From a virus (Duplodnaviria > Caudoviricetes): 36,655 nt of DNA. The DNA is taken from IMG/VR virus record IMGVR_UViG_3300030376_004478, positions 1 through 36,655 of that record. One strand, 5' to 3'. The translations under genes were made by a program, and so were the position numbers. Within the stretch, counting starts at the first letter, position 1, and each line of letters opens with the position of its first letter. The notes below the pieces were generated by a model. The model searched no databases, was not told the origin of the DNA, and worked only from the letters and a program-made list of their open reading frames with translations. Below, in pieces: positions 35,303-36,655 of the stretch.

Positions 35303-36084
35303 AAGAATGTGTAATTTGTAAAACTTGTAGAAAGTGTAATGAAACAAAACCCATCTCTGAGTTTCACAATAACAAAGCGAATAAAGATGGTAAAACTTTT
35401 AGATGCAAAGTTTGTAGAATAGAGGCGGCTAAGAAGTGGAACGCTGAGAATTGGGACAGGTATAGAGAGAACACTAAACGTTGGGTCAAAGATAACCCTG
35501 ATAGACCTTTAATCTATAGAAAAAAGAGGAAAAAGAAGCAGGCCGAATATGATAGGCTTAAACACAAAAAACAGTTCGCAATTAAACAAAAGGAAAATCC
35601 CGAACTGTATTTTCTCAAATGTCAAGCAGATGACTGTTGTAATTTCTTTTACAGTAAAAGTGGTGGTTCACAGGCTAAGTATTGTGGAGAGGGAGTTAAA
35701 GATTATTGTTTTATGGAAAACCAAAGAAGACAGTATAGAGAGAAATATCATAATAGTGTAATGTTGAAACTTTCTACTATCTTTAGAAGCAAAATAAATG
35801 CTTTAATTAGAGAAAGAAGGTTTTCAACACCTAAAGTTATGAGAAAGTTAGAATATACATGGGAAGAATTGAAACAGCATATAGAATCGCAGTTTACAAA
35901 TGGTATGTCATGGGAAAATTATGGCCGAAATGGGTGGCATATAGACCACATAAGGCCTGTTAATTCATTTGAAGATACCATAGAAGACTTCCAAAAGTGT
36001 TGGGCGTTAAACAATTTACAACCGCTATGGGAGGTAGACAACATAAGAAAAAGCGACAAATGGGATGGGAAGGTGAATGCATGA
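35299..36084 (+). CDS. HNH endonuclease with N-terminal Zn fingers
   Basis: CRKC...CKVC; WHIDHIRP...NLQPLW...NIRK. Confidence 0.85.
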   Translation: MKECVICKTCRKCNETKPISEFHNNKANKDGKTFRCKVCRIEAAKKWNAENWDRYRENTKRWVKDNPDRPLIYRKKRKKKQAEYDRLKHKKQFAIKQKENPELYFLKCQADDCCNFFYSKSGGSQAKYCGEGVKDYCFMENQRRQYREKYHNSVMLKLSTIFRSKINALIRERRFSTPKVMRKLEYTWEELKQHIESQFTNGMSWENYGRNGWHIDHIRPVNSFEDTIEDFQKCWALNNLQPLWEVDNIRKSDKWDGKVNA

Positions 36085-36404
36085 TAGAATATAGTCTAGG
36101 AATAATCATAGGATATGCAATTGCTAAGGCTTTGACACCTTATGCACCTAAGTTATTAACCGATAATTATCATATACACCATTGGATGTGGGCGACTATG
36201 CTACTACCTTTGGTGTTTTTGATTAATCTACAATCAGAAATAGTAGTAGGAATAATAACGGGAATTGCATTAGAGGGTCTTTCTTACAATAATTGGACTT
36301 TGAAGAGAAAAAAGAGTTCAGTTAAATGTAGGAAACCAAAAAGTCATTTGCCTCAATTTGAAGGTAAAATTAATTGTCAACACTGTAAGAGGGAGTTAAA
36401 ATGA
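36081..36404 (+). CDS. Small membrane protein with C-terminal Cys motif
   Basis: AGGTGA SD before ATG 36081; hydrophobic helices, HIHHW. Confidence 0.6.
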   Translation: MIEYSLGIIIGYAIAKALTPYAPKLLTDNYHIHHWMWATMLLPLVFLINLQSEIVVGIITGIALEGLSYNNWTLKRKKSSVKCRKPKSHLPQFEGKINCQHCKRELK

Positions 36405-36532
36405 GATGTGTAGAATGTAAAGGTGAATTAAAAGTAATTAGTTACATTAGAAAACCAATTAGGAATTCTAATGTTACAAGAGAACGAATGCGCTTACAGT
36501 GCGAAGACTGTGGACAAATAGAGGATTTGTAA
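36401..36532 (+). CDS. 43-aa Zn-ribbon microprotein (CVEC...CEDC)
   Basis: Manual translation, ATGA overlap. Confidence 0.6.
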   Translation: MRCVECKGELKVISYIRKPIRNSNVTRERMRLQCEDCGQIEDL

Positions 36533-36655
36533 TGAATAAAAATGTATTAAGATGGATTGAAGAAGAACTGCCTAATATGAGTCAGACATTTACGACTGAC
36601 TGTATGAGGGAAGCAATATATGAAAGTAGAGGTGGTGCTTATTGCCCTACCAACA
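36532..36655 (+). CDS. Partial ORF running off the window
   Basis: TAATG overlap; open to the end. Confidence 0.55.
   Translation, partial: MNKNVLRWIEEELPNMSQTFTTDCMREAIYESRGGAYCPTN

Overview
This window looks like part of a tailed dsDNA virus of marine Euryarchaeota, most likely Magrovirus-like and infecting Marine Group II/Poseidoniales. The host call is an inference from the archaeal-type RFC, PCNA, TFB, ATP-dependent ligase, split PolB and GGTGA/GGAGG ribosome-binding sites. (1) 1-6200: minus-strand cluster of small genes, many starting with a shared M[ST]W[EK]xI[LIV]K peptide, plus an HMG-CoA lyase. (2) 6311-11210: array of autonomous transcription units. Seven copies of an imperfect palindrome CAAAG-n-CCATATGGT-n-CTTTG separate them. 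Each unit has a fixed-spacing promoter, most end in a hairpin/T-run terminator, and they occur in both orientations. The array includes a putative ncRNA unit and two of three paralogous genes, both enclosed by long-range RNA stems. (3) 11270-11700: candidate replication origin. (4) 12673-24307: SF1 helicase, MazG-like enzyme, an apparent ubiquitin-like module (Ubl-GG, E1/ThiF, JAB protease, candidate E2) interleaved with TFB and a pyrimidine-dimer glycosylase, then GroES/GroEL. (5) 24929-36655: replication module (PC4-like SSB, ligase, histone-fold protein, RFC, PCNA, N-terminal half of a split PolB, HNH nuclease). All calls come from reading motifs by eye; no searches were run.
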